Assembly: GCA_044235825.1 (NCBI GenBank)
Contig: JBIIHL010000001.1
Coordinates: forward strand, 1-57,677
DNA from: Alphaproteobacteria bacterium
GTDB lineage: Bacteria; Pseudomonadota; Alphaproteobacteria; JAJTHO01; CANGYM01
Length of the DNA: 57,677 nucleotides
Reading direction: 5' to 3'
A model generated the notes under the pieces. That model saw only the letters and a list, made by a program, of their open reading frames with translations. It did no database searches and had not been told where the DNA came from. Positions 22,978 through 32,226 of the stretch are shown here, one piece after another; positions within the stretch are counted from its first letter, which is position 1, and the number at the start of each line of letters is the position of its first letter. The translations under genes and the position numbers were made by a program.

Positions 22978-23178
22978 ATGAAATTGTCGGATCGAAAGGC
23001 CGCCTTGTTGCGGGGCAAAACCAAAGATGAGCTTACCGACATGCTGCGTCATTGTCAGCGTGATTTGATGAGCATGCGCTTTAAAAAGAAAAGTGGTGGC
23101 GTGGAGAACACAACCCGCTTTCGTTTTGTGCGTCGTCGGATTGCCCAGATCAAAACCCTGTTGAATAACCCTGCCTAA
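22978..23178 (+). CDS. rpmC: 50S ribosomal protein L29
   Basis: 66 aa helical protein at the conserved position between rplP and rpsQ. Confidence 0.9.
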   Translation: MKLSDRKAALLRGKTKDELTDMLRHCQRDLMSMRFKKKSGGVENTTRFRFVRRRIAQIKTLLNNPA

Positions 23179-23190
23179 AGGATTCTTGTT

Positions 23191-23451
23191 ATGCCCCGTC
23201 GTGTGATGCAAGGTGTTGTTGTAAAGGACGCTAAGGACAAAACCATCAGTGTTTTGGTGGAGCGTTCTGTAAAACACCCTGTTTATAAGAAATATATTAA
23301 GCGTTCGAAGAAATTCTTGGCCCACGATGAAACCAATCGTTCCCGTCAGGGTGATGTTGTTTCTATTGTTGAGTCTCGTCCCTTTTCTAAAAGAAAAACG
23401 TGGGTTCTGCTGGATGATGCAGGTCTGCCAACGCAAGGAGCTTCTGTATGA
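23191..23451 (+). CDS. rpsQ: 30S ribosomal protein S17
   Basis: 86 aa. Motifs [29 protein letters not shown]. Confidence 0.95.
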   Translation: MPRRVMQGVVVKDAKDKTISVLVERSVKHPVYKKYIKRSKKFLAHDETNRSRQGDVVSIVESRPFSKRKTWVLLDDAGLPTQGASV

Positions 23452-23816
23452 TTCAAATGCAAACACGCCTGGACGTTGCGGACAACTCTGGTGCCAAAAC
23501 TGTTATGTGTGTCAAGGTTCTGGGCGGATCCAAAAAGAGAACGGCCGAAATTGGCGATGTGATCGTGGTGTCCGTTAAAGACGCCATTCCTCGGGGTAAA
23601 GTTAAAAAAGGGGATGTTCATCGTGCCTTGGTCGTGCGCACCCGTTTTGGTGTTCGTCGCCCTGATGATTCCCTGATCCGTTTTGATAATAACGCTGTTG
23701 TGATTATCAATAAGCAGGGCGAGCCCGTGGGAACCCGTATTTTTGGCCCCGTAACCCGTGAGCTACGTTCAAAAAATTACATGAAAATTATATCGTTGGC
23801 CCCGGAGGTCCTATAA
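23448..23816 (+). CDS. rplN: 50S ribosomal protein L14
   Basis: 122 aa. N-terminus [17 protein letters not shown]. Confidence 0.97.
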   Translation: MIQMQTRLDVADNSGAKTVMCVKVLGGSKKRTAEIGDVIVVSVKDAIPRGKVKKGDVHRALVVRTRFGVRRPDDSLIRFDNNAVVIINKQGEPVGTRIFGPVTRELRSKNYMKIISLAPEVL

Positions 23817-23818
23817 TA

Positions 23819-24139
23819 ATGAAACAGAAAGTTAAAATTAAGCGTGATGACACCGTTGTTGTGCTTGCTGGAAAAGATAAAGGCAAGCGCGGCAAAGTTC
23901 TGAAGGTTCTTCCCTCAGAAAACAAGTTGATTGTTGATGGCGTTAATGTTGTCACCAAACACAAAAAGCCTACGCAGCTCGATGCTGGTGGTATCCGCCG
24001 TTTTGAGAAAGCGATTGACGTTTCTAATGTCGCCATTTTGGATCCTAAACTGGATGTTCCCACCCGCGTGGGCTATAAGGTCATCGATGGCAAGAAGGTC
24101 CGTTATGCGAAAAAGTCAGGAGAAGTGATCGATGCTTGA
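23819..24139 (+). CDS. rplX: 50S ribosomal protein L24
   Basis: 106 aa. KOW motif [17 protein letters not shown]. Confidence 0.95.
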   Translation: MKQKVKIKRDDTVVVLAGKDKGKRGKVLKVLPSENKLIVDGVNVVTKHKKPTQLDAGGIRRFEKAIDVSNVAILDPKLDVPTRVGYKVIDGKKVRYAKKSGEVIDA

Positions 24140-24683
24140 GACTCAACCCCGTTTGAAACAACAGTATCTTAAAGACATTCGGCCGGCTTTGATGAAAGAG
24201 CTTGGCTTGTCTAATGTGATGCAAGCCCCCCGTCTGGAAAAAATCGTCATCAATGTTGGTTTTGGCGATGCGGTTCAAGACAGCAAAAAATTGGATAAGG
24301 TTGTGGCGGACCTCGCGCTTTTGGCGGGCCAAAAACCTGTGATTACGCGGGCCAAAAAATCCATTGCCACGTTTAAGGTTCGTGAGGGCATGGTTATGGG
24401 CTGCAAAGTCACCTTGCGCCGCGAACGGATGTACGAATTCATGGATCGCTTGGTCACTATCGCGATGCCCCGTATCCGAGACTTTCGGGGTATTTCAGGA
24501 AAATCTTTTGATGCCCAAGGCAACTATGCCATGGGGATTAAAGAGCACATTATCTTTCCCGAAATTGACTATGATAAGATTGACAAAGTTTTCGGAATGG
24601 ATATAGTCCTCGTTTCGACCAGTAACCGTGCGGATCATACCAAAGCCTTGCTGAAGGCTTTTGGTTTCCCGTTTTATAATTAA
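24132..24683 (+). CDS. rplE: 50S ribosomal protein L5
   Basis: 183 aa. Motifs [11 protein letters not shown] and MPRIRDFRG. Confidence 0.96.
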   Translation: MLETQPRLKQQYLKDIRPALMKELGLSNVMQAPRLEKIVINVGFGDAVQDSKKLDKVVADLALLAGQKPVITRAKKSIATFKVREGMVMGCKVTLRRERMYEFMDRLVTIAMPRIRDFRGISGKSFDAQGNYAMGIKEHIIFPEIDYDKIDKVFGMDIVLVSTSNRADHTKALLKAFGFPFYN

Positions 24684-24697
24684 AGTGAGACTGATTC

Positions 24698-25003
24698 ATG
24701 GCTAAACTGTGCATGAAAGAACGTGACAAGAGTCGTCGACGCAAAACAGAGAATGCTTTGGCCCGTCGCACATCCCTTGTGGCAAAAGTCAAAGATCGCT
24801 CTCTTCCTATGGAAGATCGCCTGATGGCGGTGCGCAAGCTGTCTGAGATGCCTCGGAATTCGGCCAAGGTTCGTATTCGTAACCGTTGCGCCTTAACGGG
24901 CCGTTCTCGGGGTGTTTATCGTAAATTCGGTTTGTCTCGTATTAAGTTGCGGGAACTGGCCTCTGCGGGTCAGCTTCCTGGTGTTGTAAAATCAAGTTGG
25001 TAA
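24698..25003 (+). CDS. rpsN: 30S ribosomal protein S14 (long form)
   Basis: 101 aa. Motifs [21 protein letters not shown] and KSSW end. Confidence 0.95.
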   Translation: MAKLCMKERDKSRRRKTENALARRTSLVAKVKDRSLPMEDRLMAVRKLSEMPRNSAKVRIRNRCALTGRSRGVYRKFGLSRIKLRELASAGQLPGVVKSSW

Positions 25004-25009
25004 TCCATT

Positions 25010-25408
25010 ATGACCATGACCGATCCTATTGGGGCTATGTTAACAACCCTTCGTAACGGGGCTGCCGCGGGAAAAACCCAAGTGGCCGTGCCGGCGTCTC
25101 GTTTAAAACAATCTATTTTGGATGTTTTAAAGCGGGAAGGGTACATCCGCGGCTATGAGGTGCGGGATCTCCGTCCTCGTGTTCAAGAGATCGTTGTGGA
25201 GCTGAAGTATTATCAGGGCGAGCCTGTGATTAAAGAAATTTCTCGCGGATCCAAGCCCAGCCGTCGCGTGTATTGCGGATCTTCTGCAATGCCCAAGGTT
25301 CATAATGGATTGGGTATTGGCATTGTTTCAACCTCTTTGGGCATTTTTTCTGACGCCGAAGCTCGTAAAGCGGGTTTGGGCGGCGAATGGATTTGCACTG
25401 TATTTTAA
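25010..25408 (+). CDS. rpsH: 30S ribosomal protein S8
   Basis: 132 aa. Motifs DPIGAMLTTLRNG and GGEWICTVF. Confidence 0.96.
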   Translation: MTMTDPIGAMLTTLRNGAAAGKTQVAVPASRLKQSILDVLKREGYIRGYEVRDLRPRVQEIVVELKYYQGEPVIKEISRGSKPSRRVYCGSSAMPKVHNGLGIGIVSTSLGIFSDAEARKAGLGGEWICTVF

Positions 25409-25426
25409 ATTGTGGAGTTTTGTGCT

Positions 25427-25960
25427 ATGTCCCGCGTTGGAAAGCATCCGGTTATTGTTCCTAAAGATTGCTCTGTTTCCCTGAGTCAGGGGGTTTTGTC
25501 CGTCAAGGGTAAGCTGGGTGCTTTGGCCCTGTCTGTCCCTCACGGTGTGGAGGTGGCTATTAACGATAATCTGATTACCGTTAAACCGTCCTCTGCCAGC
25601 AAGCAAAGCCGCGCTTTGTGGGGTACCATTCGGGCCCGTATTCAGGGTATGGTCGTGGGAACCACCGTTGGGTTTACAAAGACTTTGGAATTGGTAGGGG
25701 TTGGATATCGTGCGGCCCTGAAAGGCAACGCGATTGATCTGCAGCTGGGTTTCAGTCACCCTGTTGTTTTTGATTTGCCTGAGGGTGTGACCGCCAAATG
25801 TGAAAAGCCGACGAGCATTCAGTTGCACAGCTATGACAAACAAATTGTCGGTCAGGTTGCGGCCAAAATTCGTTCTCTTCGTTCCCCTGAGCCTTATAAA
25901 GGTAAGGGTGTTCGCTATGAAGGTGAGATTGTTTTGCGTAAAGAAGGGAAAAAGAAGTAG
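25427..25960 (+). CDS. rplF: 50S ribosomal protein L6
   Basis: Start at MSRVGKHPV (25427). Motif EPYKGKGVRY. Confidence 0.95.
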   Translation: MSRVGKHPVIVPKDCSVSLSQGVLSVKGKLGALALSVPHGVEVAINDNLITVKPSSASKQSRALWGTIRARIQGMVVGTTVGFTKTLELVGVGYRAALKGNAIDLQLGFSHPVVFDLPEGVTAKCEKPTSIQLHSYDKQIVGQVAAKIRSLRSPEPYKGKGVRYEGEIVLRKEGKKK

Positions 25961-25969
25961 GTTTTCATT

Positions 25970-26344
25970 ATGGCTAAAAAAATATCGTCTTTTGAAAAAC
26001 GTCGCGCTCGTGTTCGCAGTCACTTAAAGACTACGGCTACGGTGCCGCATCGTTTGAGTGTTTACCGCTCGAACACATCTCTTTATGCTCAAGTGATTGA
26101 TATGACCTCGGGTCAGGTGGTGGCTTCTGCGTGTTCTCGGGATGAAGCGTTTAAAAACAATCAGTCCGCGCCCCAAAAACGTTCTGTGAATGTGGCCTCA
26201 TGCAAAGAAGTTGGGGTTCTTTTGGCCAAGCGGGCTTTGGAAAAAAACGTAAGCAAGGTGTATTTTGATCGCAGCGGATACCGTTATCACGGACGCGTCA
26301 AATCCCTGGCTGAGGGCGCCCGTGAAGGCGGTTTATTATTTTAG
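25970..26344 (+). CDS. rplR: 50S ribosomal protein L18
   Basis: 124 aa. Motifs [17 protein letters not shown] and [17 protein letters not shown]. Confidence 0.95.
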   Translation: MAKKISSFEKRRARVRSHLKTTATVPHRLSVYRSNTSLYAQVIDMTSGQVVASACSRDEAFKNNQSAPQKRSVNVASCKEVGVLLAKRALEKNVSKVYFDRSGYRYHGRVKSLAEGAREGGLLF

Positions 26345-26361
26345 GAAAAACGGAAAGCCTT

Positions 26362-26913
26362 ATGGATTACATTGAAAAACTGGTTGCCATTAACCGTGTG
26401 GCCAAGGTTGTTAAAGGGGGCCGTAAATTTGCCTTCGCTGCCCTTGTGGTTGTGGGCGATGGTCAAGGCCGCGTGGGTTATGGATCTGGCAAAGCCAAAG
26501 AAGTTCCCGAGGCCATGAAAAAGGCCATTGAAAGCGCCAAGAAAAATATGGTTCGCATCAATTTGCGTGAGGGTCGCACCCTGCATCATGATGTTGTGGG
26601 TCGCTTTGGGTCGGGCAGAATCACCCTGCGCAGTGCCCCAGCCGGTACAGGGATTATTGCCGGTGGTCCGTCTCGCGCCGTGTTTGAGGCTTTGGGGGTT
26701 CACGATGTTGTGGCCAAATCTTTGGGGTCCTCCAACCCTTATAACATGATTCGTGCGACGTTGGCCGGATTGACCGAAACAGCAGCCCCTAAACTGGTGG
26801 CGGCCAAACGGGATTTAAAAATTGGTGACTTGGTGCGTCGCCGTGGTGACAACAAAGATCAGCAAGATCAAGATCAGGAGCAAGGTTATGGAAACGACAG
26901 CCACGAAGCGTAA
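26362..26913 (+). CDS. rpsE: 30S ribosomal protein S5 (acidic Gln/Asp C-terminal tail)
   Basis: 183 aa. Motifs [16 protein letters not shown] and [10 protein letters not shown]. Confidence 0.95.
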   Translation: MDYIEKLVAINRVAKVVKGGRKFAFAALVVVGDGQGRVGYGSGKAKEVPEAMKKAIESAKKNMVRINLREGRTLHHDVVGRFGSGRITLRSAPAGTGIIAGGPSRAVFEALGVHDVVAKSLGSSNPYNMIRATLAGLTETAAPKLVAAKRDLKIGDLVRRRGDNKDQQDQDQEQGYGNDSHEA

Positions 26914-27193
26914 AGCTCCGTCATCTGAAAAGAAACAGTCTTCTGCTGTTTCTAAGGGCTCGGCTAAAAAAGCCCTTGCTCAACCTTCAGCTGCCAACCC
27001 TTCTTCTGCCCTGCGTTTGACACAGGTTCGCAGTTTTTTTGGCATTTTGCCCAATCAAAAGGCTTGTTTGATTGGTTTGGGATTAAGAAAAATCCATTCC
27101 ACATCCGTTGTTCAGGACACACCGTCTGTTCGCGGCATGATTACCAAAGTTCGTCATTTAATTCGTGTTGAGGATGGTTCGCTATGCAACTAA
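26888..27193 (+). CDS. rpmD: 50S ribosomal protein L30 with ~40-aa Lys/Ser/Ala-rich N-terminal extension
   Basis: L30 core [30 protein letters not shown]...[17 protein letters not shown] at 26888 is preceded by AGGAG (26876-26880). Overlaps the rpsE 3' end by 26 nt. Confidence 0.8.
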   Translation: METTATKRKAPSSEKKQSSAVSKGSAKKALAQPSAANPSSALRLTQVRSFFGILPNQKACLIGLGLRKIHSTSVVQDTPSVRGMITKVRHLIRVEDGSLCN

Positions 27194-27648
27194 ACGCTGT
27201 TCGGGATAACAAAGGCGCCCGTCGCGGCCTGATGCGCGTGGGTCGTGGTATTGGAAGCGGAAAAGGTAAAACCTGTGGTCGTGGCGGTAAAGGCCAGACC
27301 GCCCGTACCGGTGTCGCCATCAATGGGTTTGAAGGGGGCCAAATGCCCTTGCATCGTCGTTTGCCGAAAAAAGGCTTTACGAACATTTTTAAAAAGCAGT
27401 ACGCTGTTGTGAATGTGGGCACCCTGCAGGCCGCTATCGCCACCGGACGTTTGGATGCGTCTCAGACTGTAACCACCGCTGATCTTGTGCGCTTGGGGAT
27501 TGCCTCCAAAGCCACCCACGGTCTTCGGGTTTTGAGCCAAGGTGAGATCACAACAAAGATAACCTTGAGCATTCAGGGCGTATCTGAGTCAGCCCTGAAA
27601 AAAATCCAGGCTGCTGGCGGATCTGTTGTTATCGAGGCTTTGTCTTAA
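27184..27648 (+). CDS. rplO: 50S ribosomal protein L15
   Basis: 154 aa. Motif [19 protein letters not shown]. Confidence 0.96.
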   Translation: MQLNAVRDNKGARRGLMRVGRGIGSGKGKTCGRGGKGQTARTGVAINGFEGGQMPLHRRLPKKGFTNIFKKQYAVVNVGTLQAAIATGRLDASQTVTTADLVRLGIASKATHGLRVLSQGEITTKITLSIQGVSESALKKIQAAGGSVVIEALS

Positions 27649-27905
27649 CCTTGAAGGTACGTTTGGGGGGGCTGTTCAAAAGGCCTTTCGTGGGCAGACG
27701 GGCCTTACCAAACCAAGGGCAACCCTGTGTGACAGATCGATGTTTTCAAGGTTTATGGTTTCTGATTCGTGGATACATGGGTTTGGATCCAGAATCCAAA
27801 AGACCGCCACAGGCGACCCCAAGGACCCTTGAGGCAAGCCCTTGGGTTCGCGCCAATAGAGGCAAACCTCTTGAAATATAACCTGCAATGATCAAAAAAT
27901 AATTG

Positions 27906-28012
27906 TTATAGTATTTTCACTTTATTTTCGTACTGGCCTGCGAACGGCGCTTGGCCTCGCTCCGCCAAGCTTGTTCTCGGCTCAGTACCAAAATAAATTA
28001 AAAACACTATAA
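27906..28012. repeat. 107-nt imperfect palindrome (MITE-like or structured-RNA-like hairpin element)
   Basis: Arms 27906-27935 and 27983-28012 are reverse complements at 26/30 positions. The core contains nested GCTTGGC/GCCAAGC and GAAC/GTTC pairs. Confidence 0.7.
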
Positions 28013-28040
28013 TCAAGCGCTTATAAAAATTACTGTTGCC

Positions 28041-28170
28041 ATGAAACGCTCACAAGAAGACCTTGACCGTATCATCCATATGATGAACAATACCCCCAGA
28101 ACATGCTTGGGCTAGAAAACACTCCAGCAGGCTCTCGACGCCTCTCTCAAAGGTGTTGCACTTCGCAATT
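28041..28170 (+). mobile_element. IS30-family transposase C-terminal remnant (pseudogene fragment)
   Basis: The frame reads KRSQEDLDRIIHMMNNTPRTCLG*KTLQQALDASLKGVALRN. This matches the conserved C-terminal LD.I...LNNRPRK.LG(Y/F)KTP block of IS30 DDE transposases. In-frame TAG at 28113-28115. About 300 upstream codons are missing. Confidence 0.6.
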
Positions 28171-28204
28171 ACTTTCGGCAACCTCTTAGATTTTTGGGGA
28201 TTTT

Positions 28205-28669
28205 ATGAAACGTTTTGGCATGCTTTTTTGGCTGTTCGCCTATGGTGTGATTTTGTTTGTTGCCTCGTGTTCCCCTATTATCAAAACCAATGGGGAAATC
28301 CTTCCCGAAGACAAAGTTCAATCCCTGCGCGTGGGCGTTCTGAAAAAGGACGACGTGCGATCGTTGTTGGGGACACCCACAACCGTTTCCACCTTTGATC
28401 CAAACATCTGGCATTATGTGGGCCAAAAAATTGAACAACAGCCCTTTGGCGGCCCCAAACTGATTGAACAAAAAATCGTGATTGTTTCCTTTGATGATCA
28501 AGATGTTTTGGATGCGTTTGTTATGCGGGGCACGGATGCTTACCGCGAAATCAGCTATGAAAGCCAAGCCACACCCACGGCTGGACACAAACTCTCTGCC
28601 ATTGAACAGTTGCTGGGGAATTATGGCCGTCTTTCGTCTTTGCCAGATGACAAACAGAAAAACAAATAG
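28205..28669 (+). CDS. bamE: Outer membrane protein assembly factor BamE (SmpA/OmlA lipoprotein)
   Basis: 154 aa. Lipobox LFVASC. SmpA/OmlA pattern LRVGVLKKDDVRSLLGTP...NIWHYV...IVSFDDQDVL. Confidence 0.8.
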   Translation: MKRFGMLFWLFAYGVILFVASCSPIIKTNGEILPEDKVQSLRVGVLKKDDVRSLLGTPTTVSTFDPNIWHYVGQKIEQQPFGGPKLIEQKIVIVSFDDQDVLDAFVMRGTDAYREISYESQATPTAGHKLSAIEQLLGNYGRLSSLPDDKQKNK

Positions 28670-28681
28670 GATGTCCTAACG

Positions 28682-28918
28682 ATGGCTATGGATGCAGACA
28701 CTTTAAAAAAAATGATTCTCTCGGCGTTTCCAGACGCTCAGGTTTCCATCGAGGATTTGGCAGGGGACGGGGATCACTATTCTGCCCATGTCATATCGGC
28801 GGATTTTGTGGGAAAAACTCGCATTCAGCAGCATCACATGGTGTATCAGGCGCTGCAGGGAAAAATGGGGACCGAGCTTCACGCCCTAGCCCTGAAAACC
28901 AGCGTTCCTGAATCATGA
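28682..28918 (+). CDS. BolA-family protein
   Basis: 78 aa. Motifs GDGDHYSAHVISADFVGKTRIQQHHMVYQAL and HALALKT. Confidence 0.85.
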   Translation: MAMDADTLKKMILSAFPDAQVSIEDLAGDGDHYSAHVISADFVGKTRIQQHHMVYQALQGKMGTELHALALKTSVPES

Positions 28919-29421
28919 TTTTGCCTGTTGATGATTTTGTGCCGCTGTGCCGCATTCTGCGACCTCATAGCCTTGGGGGGGATGTGATCATTCATGCCTA
29001 TCATGATCCCAAAACTCTGATGGGCTATGGCACACTGACAACGGCAACAGGGAATACCTTTATGATCAAAAAAAGCCGACCCCAAGGAAAGGGGTGGGTT
29101 TTGCATTTAGAAGGCCTCTCAAATCGCAACGACGCCGAAACCCTGCGCGGTTTTGAGCTGGGCGTTGCCCGCAGCAGGCTGCCGGTTTTAGACGAAGACA
29201 CATGGTATCACACGGATCTGATCGGATCCGTGGTGGTGGATGAAGACAGCGGAGACATTTTGGGACGGGTGATGGCCGTGCAAAATTACGGGGCTGGTGA
29301 TTTTTTTGATATTCAAACCCCCACAGGGGGGGAGGTCACCTTGCCGTTGATCAAGGATGCCGTGGTGGACATTCGCCTGCCAGAAAAAAAGATTGTGGCC
29401 CGCAGGGGGTTTTGTCTTTAA
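28915..29421 (+). CDS. rimM: 16S rRNA processing protein RimM
   Basis: 168 aa. Motifs RILRPHSLGGDVII, DRNDAE-like NRNDAETLRG, and PRC-barrel end YHTDLIGSVVVDE. Confidence 0.8.
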   Translation: MILPVDDFVPLCRILRPHSLGGDVIIHAYHDPKTLMGYGTLTTATGNTFMIKKSRPQGKGWVLHLEGLSNRNDAETLRGFELGVARSRLPVLDEDTWYHTDLIGSVVVDEDSGDILGRVMAVQNYGAGDFFDIQTPTGGEVTLPLIKDAVVDIRLPEKKIVARRGFCL

Positions 29422-29427
29422 CGCACC

Positions 29428-29964
29428 CTACAGATAATCCATCACCTGATGCAACCCCGTAATCCAAAAATCCGCCGCTGTGTGTTCGGGTTTTTCGGGG
29501 CAAATCAACAGTTTTGTCCCGATACAGGCGGCGCGGGCGGCCTGCATATCCGTTTCTCGATCCCCAATCATTAAAGAGGATTCCGGCGAAAGGCCGTATT
29601 TTTCTATACCTTTCAAAATCATCCCTGGGTGGGGCTTGCGATCAAAGGATTCTTTTTTATAAATCCCCAACCCATGATCCGGATGATCTGGACAAAAATA
29701 GGTTTCATGCAAAACAATCCCTCTATCTTTGAACTGAAGGTCCATCCACTGGGTAAGGTGATGAAATTGCGCCTCGGTATAATACCCCCGCCCGATGCCG
29801 GCCTGATTGGTAACCACAATCAAAACATATCCTAAGGCTTGGGCGGCCCAACAAAGATCAAAAATGCCATCCACAAACACAATCTGGTCAGGACGATGGG
29901 CATAATTCACCTCTTCATTAATCACCCCGTCACGATCCAAAAACAAAGCACGATTCATGATCAA
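29428..29964 (-). CDS. gmhB: D-glycero-D-manno-heptose 1,7-bisphosphate phosphatase (HAD-IIIA)
   Basis: 178 aa. Motifs LFLDRDGVIN, VVTNQAGIGRGYY, DRKPHPGM, IGDRETDMQAA. Confidence 0.85.
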   Translation of the reverse strand: MIMNRALFLDRDGVINEEVNYAHRPDQIVFVDGIFDLCWAAQALGYVLIVVTNQAGIGRGYYTEAQFHHLTQWMDLQFKDRGIVLHETYFCPDHPDHGLGIYKKESFDRKPHPGMILKGIEKYGLSPESSLMIGDRETDMQAARAACIGTKLLICPEKPEHTAADFWITGLHQVMDYL

Positions 29965-29973
29965 TACAGCACA

Positions 29974-31179
29974 TTAACTAGACGTGGTCATGGTATAAGA
30001 CCCTATGGTTTTACAATTCCCGCAAACGGGCTGCCACATCACGCTTTGATCCTGACAGTGATCACAGATCCAGGCATGACGAAGACCATCGTTGTCTGAG
30101 GGCTGCAAACGGACAACCTCCGCTTCGTGATAGGCCAGCTTTTCAACAAACCCCAAACTTTCGAAGGCCGAGGCCATCAACCGATGATACAGGGGGGAGT
30201 TTTCTTTGATGTCGAGGGATTTGATGGTTTTTGTGCGCTCTTTTTCCGGCAACAATCGCATGATTTGGATCAGAAGCGTTTGCACAAATAAAAATCCTGC
30301 GCCTTGGGGTAGGCTTTTTTTCATCAGGGAAAGGGCCTCTCGCCCATCGGTTTCACACAATGACCCCGCATAAAGGGCCCGCATGGAAAGATCGCTGCGA
30401 TCCCGTTGATAGGCTTTTTTAAAAGCCTCTTGGGCGTGTGATAGGGCGTCCTGATCCTGTTTTTGACTGTCAGTATACACCTGCCACGATTGTTTGGCTT
30501 CTGCCGCCGCAATGGCTTTTTCCATACGCAGGCTTTCCTTGGCATCAAAAATCCGACGGTGGCCGCGAAACAGTTGGTTTGCCCCTTCAATATCTCCCGT
30601 CACCAAGGCCCGCGCCATCAGGGCCCGAACGGCCCAAGGTTCTTGCCTCTGCTCAACGCTCAGGGTGCTGAGCCACTGAAAAGGATCCTTGATCTGATTA
30701 TCCGGAAGATGGGTCAACTCACGAATCCCTAGGGCGCTGAGTTTCGGATCAAACATCAAAGCCTGATAGGCTTGACGCGCCCCCTCCATATCCCCCTTCA
30801 TTTCACAAACACGCCCCTGCAGGTAGGGTAGCAGCGGGTTTTCCTTAAGCGTTTTTTTCAAAACCCCCAAATGACGGTCAGCGCCTTTTTTATCCTGCAA
30901 CACCACTGCCTGCCAGCATAGGCCCAAGGTGTCCAAAGATTCCTGCGAACGCTGCAACTGGCGGCGCAAACTGCGATGCTGTGACCACGCCATCAGGGAT
31001 GCAATGCTGCTGAGCACCCCATGGGCCAAAAAAAATAAAATCAGTATAAACGTTAAAGCCACCGACAAAGACATGCTGATTTCATAGCCGGCCAGCAAAA
31101 TCGTCACCGTATCCGCGGAAAGAAATTGAATCCCAGCCACCAAAACAACCAACAGCAAAAGGGTAATGGCCGTTTTCAT
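29974..31179 (-). CDS. HemY-like TPR membrane protein (HemY_N domain, C-terminal Cys4 ribbon)
   Basis: 401 aa. Two N-terminal TM helices, TPR-like helical repeats, C-terminal CDHCQ...CGNCK. ATGA overlap with the upstream Mic60-like gene. Confidence 0.75.
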   Translation of the reverse strand: MKTAITLLLLVVLVAGIQFLSADTVTILLAGYEISMSLSVALTFILILFFLAHGVLSSIASLMAWSQHRSLRRQLQRSQESLDTLGLCWQAVVLQDKKGADRHLGVLKKTLKENPLLPYLQGRVCEMKGDMEGARQAYQALMFDPKLSALGIRELTHLPDNQIKDPFQWLSTLSVEQRQEPWAVRALMARALVTGDIEGANQLFRGHRRIFDAKESLRMEKAIAAAEAKQSWQVYTDSQKQDQDALSHAQEAFKKAYQRDRSDLSMRALYAGSLCETDGREALSLMKKSLPQGAGFLFVQTLLIQIMRLLPEKERTKTIKSLDIKENSPLYHRLMASAFESLGFVEKLAYHEAEVVRLQPSDNDGLRHAWICDHCQDQSVMWQPVCGNCKTIGSYTMTTSS

Positions 31180-32192
31180 GGCGCCCCGTCATGATGAGAG
31201 GGAAGAGGATTTTCGGGAATCAAGGGATTCGGTGACGTTATTGTTGGGGATGAAATCGTGTCCGTCATCTGTTGAATCATCTGGCGTGTCATATCCATCC
31301 GTGCGGAACGCAGCCACATATAAGCACGCAGCCATGACCCAAAATCTTGTTTCCAGCTTTGCCAGCGGGCATCCTCTGCAAACAGAACCCGACCATCCAA
31401 TTTTTCCATAAACTCCGCCGCTTCATCCAATCGGCCCTTTCGCAAAGCCGGTAAAATCGTGTTTTGCCACGTATCATAGGCCTCGTTATAGATGCTCACA
31501 ACCTCAGGCACGGCCGAAGCATCATCGGGATTCAAATCCCCTGGGCCACGAACCGTCACAAAATGGCCCAAAAAACCGGACCAAAACGACGACGGGGCAG
31601 GGGAGGAAGACTCACTGGTCCCCACAATGGGTTCAGGCAGCAACACCAACCCTTCGCCTTGGTCCACAAAATGAGCATATGAGGATCGCAAAATCAAAAG
31701 ATCATCCGTTTTTTTTTCAGGAAAAATGGTTGGCATCAAAACCAACAAAGCATCCACATCCCGTGATGTCAGGGGCTGAGAGGCGAAAAAAAACAACAAA
31801 TCATCCACAAGCCCCCGAGCCAAAATCAAATCTGTGCCAAGGGATTTTTTGTCTTCAAAAGACGAGGCCCTGTTGGAAAGATCCAAGGACCCCAATAAAG
31901 ATAAGGATAAGGGGGCAGGGGAATCCCCCTCTGAAGACTGGGGAATACGGTGGGAAAGCTCTGTTAGTAACCCTTCGATACGGTCTAGTTGCAAATGAAA
32001 AGGCTCTAAATTCACAGACGGAGGCGGTGCGGGCGGATTCACATTTTGAACAGGAAAAAAATACCCATAATGGGAAAGAGCCATGCCTGCGGCAAAAGCC
32101 AACCCAATCCCGAAAAGAACAAACCCTAAGCGCAGCCAAGCAAGCGGCTTTATAAATTTTTTAGGGTGGGTGGATTCGTGAGAAAGAGTCAT
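31176..32192 (-). CDS. AlphaMic60 (mitofilin-domain) homologue, also annotated HemX-like
   Basis: 338 aa. N-terminal TM anchor, low-complexity middle region, helical C-terminus (LRKGRLDEAAEFMEKL...WQSWKQDFGSWLRA). Conserved hemD / Mic60-like / HemY-like gene order. Confidence 0.6.
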   Translation of the reverse strand: MTLSHESTHPKKFIKPLAWLRLGFVLFGIGLAFAAGMALSHYGYFFPVQNVNPPAPPPSVNLEPFHLQLDRIEGLLTELSHRIPQSSEGDSPAPLSLSLLGSLDLSNRASSFEDKKSLGTDLILARGLVDDLLFFFASQPLTSRDVDALLVLMPTIFPEKKTDDLLILRSSYAHFVDQGEGLVLLPEPIVGTSESSSPAPSSFWSGFLGHFVTVRGPGDLNPDDASAVPEVVSIYNEAYDTWQNTILPALRKGRLDEAAEFMEKLDGRVLFAEDARWQSWKQDFGSWLRAYMWLRSARMDMTRQMIQQMTDTISSPTITSPNPLIPENPLPSHHDGAP

Positions 32193-32226
32193 ATTAATGT
32201 GTTACCAACTCACTGCCCCCACCAAA

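Noticed and set aside
25328-26023. 231-aa minus-strand ORF antisense to rplF
   Set aside because: Antisense artefact inside the spc operon.
27649-27905. Degraded secY fragment after rplO
   Set aside because: None of the frames I translated resembles the SecY N-terminus present at 11741 (MVSAAEQLSASL...). An intact secY exists on the opposite strand upstream.
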